Virus record (IMG/VR): IMGVR_UViG_3300022670_000211
Coordinates: 1 to 62,495 of that record
DNA: 62,495 nt
From: a virus
Reading direction: 5' to 3' (one strand)
Shown here: positions 1 through 7,086 of the stretch, one piece after another
Position numbering within the stretch: position 1 is the first letter of the stretch
Layout: every line of letters starts with the position of its first letter
Made by a program: the position numbers and the translations under genes
The notes under the pieces: model-generated
Database searches by the model: none
What the model was told of the DNA's origin: nothing
The model's input: the letters and a program-made list of their open reading frames with translations, nothing else

Positions 1-144
1 CTAATGCCCATAAAATTTTTTACTCCTTACATTACTTTTTTCATTTCTAAAACTGTGAAATCCGCGGTTTCGGCTGCTACTATTTCTACCGAGTCAAGTT
101 CATAGCATCGTCCATCGTGCATGTTACGCCCCGATAATGTTTCA
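1..144. repeat. Terminal overlap copy A, identical to 62352-62495
   Basis: Read directly: ctaatgcccataaaatttt...ccgataatgtttca is present at both window ends, 144/144 identical. Confidence 0.95.
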
Positions 145-359
145 ATTTCTATACCATATTCGTCGCCTTGCTCAATTGCTTTCATAGCACAATCGAAAAT
201 TTGCTCTTTTTCATAGTCGTCTAGCTCGTCTTGTGAGCTACCACAAGGAAACAATAACGCGCGTAACTCTAAATCTTCTTGAATGATTTTGTAGCAAATG
301 TGTAAATTCTTGATTTTATCAAGCCCAGTTTTTGTAACTTCAATTAAAATTTTTGGCAT
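27..359 (-). CDS. hypothetical early protein (110 aa)
   Basis: Complete ORF with GGAG 7 nt upstream of the ATG. Confidence 0.65.
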   Translation of the reverse strand: MPKILIEVTKTGLDKIKNLHICYKIIQEDLELRALLFPCGSSQDELDDYEKEQIFDCAMKAIEQGDEYGIEIETLSGRNMHDGRCYELDSVEIVAAETADFTVLEMKKVM

Positions 360-370
360 TAGTTTGCTCC

Positions 371-547
371 TTAATTACCTACGTTAATTTTTAAACATTC
401 GGGGCATACGTGAAAGTAACTGTATGCCAGTTCTTTGTGCTTGCCTTGACCTTCTTGAATACGCAGCTCGCACGCCTTACCCTCTGAGTCAACAATGGTA
501 TACTGTCTGCCAATGTGTCCGCAGTGGTCGCATATTTTATCGGCCAT
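371..547 (-). CDS. small zinc-ribbon protein (58 aa, below the ORF-track cutoff)
   Basis: My translation is MADKICDHCGHIGRQYTIVDSEGKACELRIQEGQGKHKELAYSYFHVCPECLKINVGN; it has CxxC...CxxC pairs and AGGAG upstream of the ATG at 547. Confidence 0.6.
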   Translation of the reverse strand: MADKICDHCGHIGRQYTIVDSEGKACELRIQEGQGKHKELAYSYFHVCPECLKINVGN

Positions 548-557
548 TAGTTTACTC

Positions 558-872
558 CTAATAAAATTCTTCGTCTGCTATTTTGCCATGGAAACACATG
601 GCTAACTTTTTAACCTGATCCGCATCTTTTATCTTAGTTATGCCGTTTTTAAGATAACCATCATGGTCGTACTCAATACGAGAATCGACCACATTACTTG
701 AGTCATTACCTGTTAAGTGTACCCAGTAATCACCGTTACTACATCGAGCTAACTCAATATGACCACCACCAAACTTGATAATTAAATGTGTTGGCTCGGG
801 GTGTCGCTTATCACCTCTCACATGAATAGTAAGGGCGTCTTCTGATGTAGTTTGTTTAAATGACTTAGCCAT
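558..872 (-). CDS. hypothetical early protein (104 aa)
   Basis: The track ORF 558-917 starts at a GTG inside repeat element E1; the internal ATG at 872 carries the conserved GAGGATCAGAAC-ATG initiation region. Confidence 0.6.
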   Translation of the reverse strand: MAKSFKQTTSEDALTIHVRGDKRHPEPTHLIIKFGGGHIELARCSNGDYWVHLTGNDSSNVVDSRIEYDHDGYLKNGITKIKDADQVKKLAMCFHGKIADEEFY

Positions 873-890
873 GTTCTGATCCTCATTTGA

Positions 891-937
891 TGTATGTTTC
901 ACATAGCCAGCTATCACAAACTGGCTATAAAAAACGC
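891..937 (-). promoter_or_regulatory. Early intergenic hairpin cassette E1
   Basis: Minus sense reads GCGTTTTTTATAGCCAG-tttgtgatag-CTGGCTATGTGAAACATACA; the stem is ATAGCCAG/CTGGCTAT and the element ends 18 nt before the ATG at 872. Confidence 0.7.
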
Positions 938-954
938 ATCGTCATTGTGTATGG

Positions 955-1527
955 CTAGCTGCTGTGTTTTTCCACAACCTGTACCACTGCTAATTCGAAT
1001 TGGTCTAGCTTCGGCATTTCATAAGCCATCGGCACTGCTGATAAATTATTCCGCATTATTAGCGCTATGAACAAGCCCGCTAATTCTTCCATAGCGTCAT
1101 AGACGAAAACACCGCTAAGATGCCGATCATCTTCTAAAGCAATATCAACGCATTTATTTATCAATTGAGCAAACGGGAATAACTCCAGAACAAAACAGTC
1201 CTCACCGATACCGAATAGGTCGCCTATGCTATCTGGTGATTGTTTGATCACCTCTTCGGCAAAGTAATGTAAATACATAGCGTCTACTGCCGCGTCGTTA
1301 TTTTTTATTGATAGCTGTTTTTCGAGCTCTGCTATCTGCTCGGCTTGTTGGTCAATGAACTGTTCAACTAGACTCACTTCAAAACGTGTGTCGTCGTCGT
1401 CACCGTTAAGCGCGTCATATATTGTGACTAGTGCATTATTGATTAGCATTTTATTAACTGTTACTGGTATTGGTGTGTCTAACGTGTTGTTAAAGGCTAT
1501 TGGTTTAATGTTTGATGTATCTTTCAT
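955..1527 (-). CDS. acidic hypothetical early protein (190 aa)
   Basis: ORF with GAGGATCAGACC-ATG; D/E-rich with a DDDD run. Confidence 0.65.
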   Translation of the reverse strand: MKDTSNIKPIAFNNTLDTPIPVTVNKMLINNALVTIYDALNGDDDDTRFEVSLVEQFIDQQAEQIAELEKQLSIKNNDAAVDAMYLHYFAEEVIKQSPDSIGDLFGIGEDCFVLELFPFAQLINKCVDIALEDDRHLSGVFVYDAMEELAGLFIALIMRNNLSAVPMAYEMPKLDQFELAVVQVVEKHSS

Positions 1528-1550
1528 GGTCTGATCCTCATTGGTTTTGA

Positions 1551-1599
1551 TAGTGTGCTTCTAATAGCCAGCTAATATCTAAATGGCTATACAAAGCGC
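1551..1599 (-). promoter_or_regulatory. Early intergenic hairpin cassette E2
   Basis: Minus sense reads GCGCTTTGTATAGCCA-loop-TGGCTATTAGAAGCACACTA; it shares the exact 23-nt block AGCTGGCTATTAGAAGCACACTA with E3 and E4. Confidence 0.75.
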
Positions 1600-2063
1600 T
1601 ATTTAATGACTTTTAGTTGGTCAACTCTAAATTGATCAATGCAATCGACACAGTGATCAATTGTTTTTCGTTCTTCGCACTCGGGTAAGGCGTCCATTAG
1701 CTCAGATAGTGACGCGTCAACGGCTGTTCTAAGTTCGGCTAGTTGTGAGTCTTTGATTCTTAGGTGAACTAAGCCAACTTCAAAAGCTTCGGCAAGGTCT
1801 TGGTAATCTAATTGTGAATTAAAGCTAGTATCTTCAATTACTGATAAAGGTATATATTTCTTATTCCGTACTAAGCCGATAGATACCATGTCATAGCCTA
1901 AGCACTCGCACGTTGCCTTAATGGCTGCTGATACGTTATACATAGCTGAATATGACGCCTCGTCGATTTGCACTACATATACAGCGCCATCACCTAACGC
2001 GCTGGTGTAGCCTTTTTGGTCGTTGGTATAGTCTCTTAATATTACTAATTGTGTGGTGTCCAT
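1599..2063 (-). CDS. hypothetical protein, paralogue of the 11095-11661 product
   Basis: Shared blocks IKATCxCxG, L(A/H)EAFE(V/F)GL and CxDxID; the ATG at 2063 has AGGAATAAGACC-ATG; the longest ORF extends to 2105. Confidence 0.6.
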   Translation of the reverse strand: MDTTQLVILRDYTNDQKGYTSALGDGAVYVVQIDEASYSAMYNVSAAIKATCECLGYDMVSIGLVRNKKYIPLSVIEDTSFNSQLDYQDLAEAFEVGLVHLRIKDSQLAELRTAVDASLSELMDALPECEERKTIDHCVDCIDQFRVDQLKVIK

Positions 2064-2104
2064 GGTCTTATTCCTTTTTGGTAAAAATAATGATATATCC
2101 GGCA

Positions 2105-2308
2105 TTACATATGCTTCAATAGTTTTAGTGTTTCGTCTTGCTTAGTACCTAGAAGATACCCGTAATATATCGCCGCTATTAGGGCTTTGTCTAAGTTTCC
2201 TGCGAAGAATGGAAACTCAATTGTGTCGAGTGACTTTGCATTGTAATTAGCTATAAATTCCTCGTCCTTTTTAGCTAACTTATAAACATAATTTATTTTC
2301 TTGCTCAT
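2105..2308 (-). CDS. hypothetical early protein (67 aa)
   Basis: ORF with conserved GAGGATCAGACC-ATG. Confidence 0.6.
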   Translation of the reverse strand: MSKKINYVYKLAKKDEEFIANYNAKSLDTIEFPFFAGNLDKALIAAIYYGYLLGTKQDETLKLLKHM

Positions 2309-2367
2309 GGTCTGATCCTCGTTTTGGTTTATCTGGTATAAAAGCTAATATTCGCTAGCATTAAAAG

Positions 2368-2634
2368 CTAGTATTCGAATTCTTCGATATCCGTTTGGTG
2401 TGGTTGGTCGGTCACAAAGTAAAACATACGGTTAACGAATGCAAAACCATGAACCACTATTAATACGCCATCGCAATCGAGCACTGTCCATATGCGATCT
2501 TGATCGGTGATATCCATAATATCGACATAGCCCCAAGATGGATCGCGCCCATCGATATCACAGCTACCGTCAGGCGTGTTCGATTCCGTTAGTGTTAGGT
2601 CTTGTTCGTCTAGGTATTGAAAAAAGTCTTTCAC
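2368..2634 (-). CDS. hypothetical early protein (88 aa, acidic)
   Basis: ORF tightly packed against the next gene. Confidence 0.6.
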   Translation of the reverse strand: MKDFFQYLDEQDLTLTESNTPDGSCDIDGRDPSWGYVDIMDITDQDRIWTVLDCDGVLIVVHGFAFVNRMFYFVTDQPHQTDIEEFEY

Positions 2635-2635
2635 G

Positions 2636-2860
2636 TTACGCCCCTTGTTTAATAACTAGGCTTAAATTTAAGTTCATTAGCTCATGGCATAACTCGTCGC
2701 GTTGGTCAGCGGTCAAGTATATTATATTGCCAGCTAGAACTATTTCGGCTTGTTCTATATATAGGTCGTCGTCGTAAACAGTGCCTATTACTAAGTTACC
2801 TGTCTTTGAAAACAGGGCGCCGTTTTTCTTGTACTCAACTTTTTGCATAACTTTTGCCAT
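2636..2860 (-). CDS. hypothetical early protein (74 aa)
   Basis: ORF with conserved GAGGATCAGATC-ATG, preceded by E3. Confidence 0.6.
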   Translation of the reverse strand: MAKVMQKVEYKKNGALFSKTGNLVIGTVYDDDLYIEQAEIVLAGNIIYLTADQRDELCHELMNLNLSLVIKQGA

Positions 2861-2878
2861 GATCTGATCCTCGTTCGT

Positions 2879-2927
2879 TAGTGTGCTTCTAATAGCCAGC
2901 TATTGATAAACTAGCTATACAAAGCGC
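2879..2927 (-). promoter_or_regulatory. Early intergenic hairpin cassette E3
   Basis: Minus sense reads GCGCTTTGTATAGCTAG-tttatcaatag-CTGGCTATTAGAAGCACACTA; the stem has a U-G wobble in minus-sense RNA. Confidence 0.75.
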
Positions 2928-2930
2928 TAA

Positions 2931-3377
2931 CTAAGATAAGTTAACTTTGTTTTTTAGATGTAAAAAGAAACCATAGCCGCGTGAAAAATTGATAGGCTTT
3001 TGGTACTTAGTTATTTTTGCCCAAGTATGTAAAAGGCTTAAATCCCACTGTGTTAATTGCGCGGGATCTCTATGAAAACCAATGTGTGCAGATAAACGCG
3101 CCTTAGCAGTCTTTCTGGTGATACCCGATCCGTGGTAACATTTTCCTACATTATTTCGCGCTTCAATAATTAAGCGGGCGATACATTGGCGCGGTGAACC
3201 TCCCTCAATGCAATCGTGACAAACATCTTCACCGTTCTCGTCTATGAAATGAAGATCAAGAGCCTTGTAGCCGTTACGCTCCTTTGCCTTAAATAAAACA
3301 TTGCTACCGGATTCAACTAATACTTCGTTAAAATAATGAACCTCGGCTTTTAGGTCTTTAATCGTTACGCGTGACAT
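2931..3377 (-). CDS. hypothetical early protein (148 aa)
   Basis: ORF with GAGGATCAGATT-ATG. Confidence 0.65.
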   Translation of the reverse strand: MSRVTIKDLKAEVHYFNEVLVESGSNVLFKAKERNGYKALDLHFIDENGEDVCHDCIEGGSPRQCIARLIIEARNNVGKCYHGSGITRKTAKARLSAHIGFHRDPAQLTQWDLSLLHTWAKITKYQKPINFSRGYGFFLHLKNKVNLS

Positions 3378-3388
3378 AATCTGATCCT

Positions 3389-3538
3389 CTATGCGGTAGT
3401 TGCTATTACTAATGTATTCATATCTATAGCGTTGGTGTCGTGTAATTCGAGAATTAACTCTGCCAGCTCTATATAACTAGTGGTTGATGAAAAATAAGCA
3501 GTGCCGTCGTGGTACTGAGCATTTAAGGTATATGACAT
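3389..3538 (-). CDS. small ORF (49 aa, not in track)
   Basis: My translation is MSYTLNAQYHDGTAYFSSTTSYIELAELILELHDTNAIDMNTLVIATTA; GAGGA lies upstream and E4 ends 18 nt before the ATG. Confidence 0.45.
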   Translation of the reverse strand: MSYTLNAQYHDGTAYFSSTTSYIELAELILELHDTNAIDMNTLVIATTA

Positions 3539-3556
3539 TATTTGTCCTCGTTTGGT

Positions 3557-3605
3557 TAGTGTGCTTCTAATAGCCAGCTAAACGCTAACTAGCTATACAA
3601 AGCGC
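3557..3605 (-). promoter_or_regulatory. Early intergenic hairpin cassette E4
   Basis: Minus sense reads GCGCTTTGTATAGCTAG-ttagcgtttag-CTGGCTATTAGAAGCACACTA. Confidence 0.75.
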
Positions 3606-3612
3606 TAATCGA

Positions 3613-3783
3613 TTAGTCCGAATCGCGGTCTTGTCTCGCTTTTTCAGCTATCGCCCATAAGGCTTTTTTCTGCGCTACTGGTCGTTCTTCATTGCCCATG
3701 CGCTGCGCTTCATGCGCTCGCTCGTTTGGGTTCATGTTTTGCAGGTCTAAAACTCTTTGTACATCGTTATTATATCGTGGCAT
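3613..3783 (-). CDS. hypothetical early protein (56 aa)
   Basis: The internal ATG at 3783 has GAGGATCAACCC-ATG and avoids overlapping the RadC-like gene; the track ORF runs to 3852. Confidence 0.5.
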   Translation of the reverse strand: MPRYNNDVQRVLDLQNMNPNERAHEAQRMGNEERPVAQKKALWAIAEKARQDRDSD

Positions 3784-3823
3784 GGGTTGATCCTCTTTCT
3801 GGTTGGTGGTGGGTATTAAAAAA

Positions 3824-4447
3824 TTAGAAAGGCATTTTACCGCGTTCTGCATAGCTCATGGTTCCGGCAGGGCTAACAATGATGTGATCAAGTACTCGCA
3901 GCTCTAAGGTATTAGCCGCTGCACATATCTTTTTGGTGATCAGGTCGTCGGCTACTGATGAACTAAGCGTACCGGATGGGTGATTATGAGATAAGATCAT
4001 AGCGGTCGCGTTTAGTTCAAGGGCGCGTTTGATGATTTCTTTAGGGTAGACCGCTGCGGCGTCACTAGTACCGACGAACATTTCCTCATAGGCAATAACA
4101 CGGTGCTGGTTATTCATGAAGATAACCGCGAATATTTCACGCTCGCTAGTGCCAATCTTTAGCTGTAAAAATTGGCGTGTTAACTCGGTGCTTGTTAAAT
4201 GGTTAGCGGGGTCTTGGTTAACTAGTTTACTAGCTAATATCTCGATAGCGTGGTTAATAACCTCTTGCTCCGCGGCATTGTATTTATCACTAGTGCTGAA
4301 ACGATCCACTATATTACTTGTATCCATTCTGATCGCTGCTTCTTGCTCGCTCATTAGTTGTGGGGTCGTGGCTAATGGCGTGTTATGTTTTAACGTGGAT
4401 ACTAGTTTTAATGCTTCTCTTCTTGCAGGGTTGTTTAGATTATGCAC
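3824..4447 (-). CDS. radC: RadC-like JAB/MPN domain protein
   Basis: C-terminal half has the JAMM-type signature LSHNHPSG plus the upstream E and downstream D typical of the RadC family; GTG start. Confidence 0.8.
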   Translation of the reverse strand: MHNLNNPARREALKLVSTLKHNTPLATTPQLMSEQEAAIRMDTSNIVDRFSTSDKYNAAEQEVINHAIEILASKLVNQDPANHLTSTELTRQFLQLKIGTSEREIFAVIFMNNQHRVIAYEEMFVGTSDAAAVYPKEIIKRALELNATAMILSHNHPSGTLSSSVADDLITKKICAAANTLELRVLDHIIVSPAGTMSYAERGKMPF

Positions 4448-4517
4448 GATGATTACCTATTTAGTTAGTGAGGTATTGCTTACATGTATGTATAGCACAA
4501 TGTGTGGGTAATGCAAA

Positions 4518-4793
4518 CTATTTAGACTCTAATCTCTTAAGCCTCGCTATTTCTTTCTCTAGCGTACCTACTCGGTATTTGATAAGCCTAAGCTCAGTCC
4601 TAGAACAATGAGTCTCACTAGATAAATAAGCCTTAAGACCTTTGAGTTCTTTCTCAACGTCTTTTAGTGGTCGGTCGGGTTTTTTCTTAGATGTAGCTTT
4701 AGGCTTTCCAAGGTCTAATATCTTCGCCTCTACGATCTTGGTACGATGTTTTAATGCCTTGAGTTCGTTTTCATAGTCTCTTAACGTTTTCAC
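4518..4793 (-). CDS. basic coiled-coil protein (91 aa)
   Basis: ORF with K/E/L heptad-like composition. Confidence 0.6.
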   Translation of the reverse strand: MKTLRDYENELKALKHRTKIVEAKILDLGKPKATSKKKPDRPLKDVEKELKGLKAYLSSETHCSRTELRLIKYRVGTLEKEIARLKRLESK

Positions 4794-4978
4794 GATGAAG
4801 TGTCCTTAGCTTTTCTAGGTTTTCGAGGTGCTAATGTTATGTCTAGTGTTTTAATCAAGTGTAAATTGAGCCATAAGCTCGACGATATATCCGCATCAAT
4901 AGCGCGGCTTAGTATTTCGTCGGCTACTTCTGGCGATAGTGTGTAAGATATTGCTTGCTTTCTAAGGTGCTTTTGCAT
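4790..4978 (-). CDS. putative ribbon-helix-helix regulator, first gene of the leftward operon
   Basis: The pattern KQAISYTLSPEVADEILSRA (beta strand then helix) resembles Arc/CopG; AAGGAG RBS; lies directly downstream of the strong promoter. Confidence 0.45.
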   Translation of the reverse strand: MQKHLRKQAISYTLSPEVADEILSRAIDADISSSLWLNLHLIKTLDITLAPRKPRKAKDTSS

Positions 4979-5014
4979 GGTGTTTACTCCTTTATACGTT
5001 AAATCGTCGTTAAA

Positions 5015-5043
5015 AGTATAGGATGATATAGTATATGTGTCAA
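5015..5043 (-). promoter_or_regulatory. Sigma70-type early leftward promoter
   Basis: Minus strand reads TTGACA (5043-5038), a 17-nt spacer, then TATACT (5020-5015), about 36 nt before the ATG at 4978. Confidence 0.75.
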
Positions 5044-5108
5044 GATTAGACCCTAGAACGCTATGACGACCTCATAGGTAGCCTAATATTAGCACTTAAA
5101 CAATACGA

Positions 5109-5255
5109 GATTTCGTCGATTGTTGAGAAAAAGGGTTAAAAACCTCATATGTTTCAGCCAAAAGCTATGATGTTTTTTAGACCGTTTTAAAGGGTTGTAG
5201 CCAGCCCGCACTATGTGGGGGTGGAAAAGGGAACAGTCGGGATTTCGTCGATTGT
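5109..5255. repeat. 15-nt exact direct repeat GATTTCGTCGATTGT (5109-5123 and 5241-5255)
   Basis: Read directly; the related core TCGTCGATT also occurs at 8367-8375. Confidence 0.8.
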
Positions 5256-5507
5256 GATTTATTACGTGGTACGTGTCTGATATCACAAGGCTTTTTATCA
5301 CTGCGATGTTTTGGCTATTAAACGCGACGGAACAAGCGACGATACTCTTAGAAGCCTTATAGACTAAAGGCTGTAGAATACGAGATCATCTTAGGGCTAG
5401 TTTCTGGGAAAATCTAAAAACTATTAAGAAACACTATATATAACTAATAATAACACTAATAATAATACTATATAAATCTTCTTAAATGTTGTTCCCTTAA
5501 TCTTTAG

Positions 5508-5627
5508 TAGTCTATATTACTGATAAATAATAAATTAAAAGGGAACAACGGAAGTTCCCAAACTCCTTTTTCTGTCCCCCCTTGTTCCCTTTCAGTTAAA
5601 ACCTATAGTTATCAGTAATATAGACTA
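5508..5627. repeat. 19-bp perfect inverted repeat (5508-5526 and 5609-5627) enclosing GGGAAC/GTTCCC boxes
   Basis: tagtctatattactgataa pairs with ttatcagtaatatagacta; boxes lie at 5541-5546, 5554-5559 and 5584-5589, with more at 5229-5234 and 5491-5496; an AT-rich tract lies at 5400-5490. Confidence 0.85.
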
Positions 5628-5653
5628 TTGAGGGCTATTGTATATTATAATTG

Positions 5654-5706
5654 TTGACAATATGATGGCGTTTGTTTAGGGTATTAGTTCTATGAAGTGC
5701 TATAAT
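5654..5706 (+). promoter_or_regulatory. Candidate rightward promoters
   Basis: TTGACA at 5654-5659 with a weak TAGGGT 17 nt downstream; an extended -10 TGcTATAAT at 5698-5706, 32 nt before the ATG at 5738. Confidence 0.55.
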
Positions 5707-5737
5707 TTATAGGTTCCACTTAATCGAGGTCTAACCA

Positions 5738-5986
5738 ATGCCCCAATCAACAGTTCAAATTTGTATCGAAGAACAACGCGAGCGATATTACAAAGCTTTG
5801 AATGTAAAAATAGCTGAGTTTAAAAAGTTTATTGCTGCATCCAACAGTCAAAATGAAAAAGAGATTGAAAGATATTTACGCGGTGCTATCAGTCTTAAAA
5901 ATCTATTCGAGATCAAGAGCGCTGTCGTAACACTAACGCGTGATGATTTAGACCTATTAACGCGTATTCTGAACACTTCGGCTTAG
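5738..5986 (+). CDS. hypothetical protein (82 aa)
   Basis: ORF, first gene of the short rightward unit. Confidence 0.6.
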   Translation: MPQSTVQICIEEQRERYYKALNVKIAEFKKFIAASNSQNEKEIERYLRGAISLKNLFEIKSAVVTLTRDDLDLLTRILNTSA

Positions 5987-5999
5987 GATACTATCAAAC

Positions 6000-6722
6000 A
6001 TGGTGCTTAAACGTCACACACCGCTCAATGCTAACCAGTTAACGGTTTTGCAATACCTTAGTGAGGGTGTGAGCAAAATAGAGGCTTATCAGCGCGGATA
6101 TCCGCACGTACAGCGATACAAACCTGAGACTATTATCAAAAAGACTGAGGAATTTTTTAATACTAAGCGTATTCAATATTATATGACTAAGGATCTTCCT
6201 AGTCGTGATGATGTGGCAAAACTTGAGGGTAGAGGCGCTAAAGGTGGCTATTATCCTGCGTTAGTCATTGAATGTTATGAGTATTTTAGTATCCCGCCTG
6301 TTTCGGTCAAGTCTCTAGTTGATGAACATACCGGAGAAATCACTTTAGAAACAACGGTTAACAACTTACCAACTAAAGCAGGTTTTGCTTGTCAAGTTGG
6401 AATATTACAGAACACATTAGCCAGATATGCTGCTGCTGTTAACGATGATGGTACTAAGAAGTACGCGGAATTTAGCATAGCATGGGCAAGCGCTCAAGAT
6501 TCTCAAGAGAATATTTTAGTACATAACACATTGAATGGACACTATAACGCTGGGTTCGCTAAGTTCGTTGCACAAAATTTATTACAGTGGCGTGAGAGTA
6601 AAGATCTCAAGGTCATTAGTGAGTCAACCGAGAAGATTATTAATATCACTGTTGATATGACGCCCGAGCAAGCCGAGCGGATCTATATGGAACAGATGAA
6701 GACGTTACCAAGTCCCAAATAA
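6000..6722 (+). CDS. terS: terminase small subunit-like DNA-binding protein
   Basis: N-terminal HTH-like LNANQLTVLQYLSEGVSKIEAYQRGY; a central block LPTKAGFACQVGILQNTLARY...EFSIAWASAQDSQENILVHNTLNGHYNAGFAKFVAQNLLQW follows the PT..G.A..LG....TL..Y....F......A.....l....L.G..N...A.F...N..W pattern of TerS families. Confidence 0.55.
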   Translation: MVLKRHTPLNANQLTVLQYLSEGVSKIEAYQRGYPHVQRYKPETIIKKTEEFFNTKRIQYYMTKDLPSRDDVAKLEGRGAKGGYYPALVIECYEYFSIPPVSVKSLVDEHTGEITLETTVNNLPTKAGFACQVGILQNTLARYAAAVNDDGTKKYAEFSIAWASAQDSQENILVHNTLNGHYNAGFAKFVAQNLLQWRESKDLKVISESTEKIINITVDMTPEQAERIYMEQMKTLPSPK

Positions 6723-6777
6723 TAAAATAACCGGCTAACAATCCTAAGAGCAATGCGCGCCGGTTCTTGTAAGACTT

Positions 6778-6817
6778 ATCCCTTAGCTAGACACTGACTA
6801 GACTAAGGGATTTTTTT
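6778..6817 (+). terminator. Rho-independent terminator between convergent genes
   Basis: Stem atcccttag/ctaagggat followed by TTTTTTT. Confidence 0.8.
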
Positions 6818-6819
6818 GT

Positions 6820-7086
6820 CTACTGCTTTAGTTTAGCGGTCTCATCACAAATGAAGTGTTGAAGTTCCATTCTTAGTTCATGCGTATGTGAGCCATACAA
6901 TAGGCTTTGTAACATGATCCTGACCTCTTGGTTATCGGTGTTACTAATCGCTTTAGTGATCACCACCTCGCTATAATACTCACCTTGTACGATGGCTTGT
7001 AAATCTTGCAAGTGCTGCCTAGTGAATAACTTAGGCGCGTTTGTTATACCTCTGCCGATATCATATGAACTATTCATCTTAAGCAC
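6820..7086 (-). CDS. hypothetical protein (88 aa)
   Basis: ORF. Confidence 0.6.
   Translation of the reverse strand: MLKMNSSYDIGRGITNAPKLFTRQHLQDLQAIVQGEYYSEVVITKAISNTDNQEVRIMLQSLLYGSHTHELRMELQHFICDETAKLKQ

Noticed and set aside
1-144. Whether the 144-bp terminal repeat is a genuine T7-like direct terminal repeat
   Set aside because: Both repeat boundaries fall within coding sequence and the repeat duplicates part of gene 27-359. That pattern fits an assembly overlap of a circular or permuted molecule.
891-3605. Whether the hairpin cassettes form a CRISPR mini-array or solitary CRISPR-repeat-like (RNA anti-CRISPR) units
   Set aside because: The copies are 0.6-1.3 kb apart and separated by genes. 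The loops differ in length and sequence. Conservation extends well beyond 28-37 nt, and there are no repeat-spacer units. I cannot exclude mimicry of a host repeat without the host sequence, but nothing supports it.
5089-5301. 70-aa ORF on the minus strand in the control region
   Set aside because: It has a GTG start without any SD. It lies upstream of, and outside, the strong leftward promoter at 5015-5043. Its composition is basic and low-complexity, and it is covered by repeat motifs. I treat it as non-coding.
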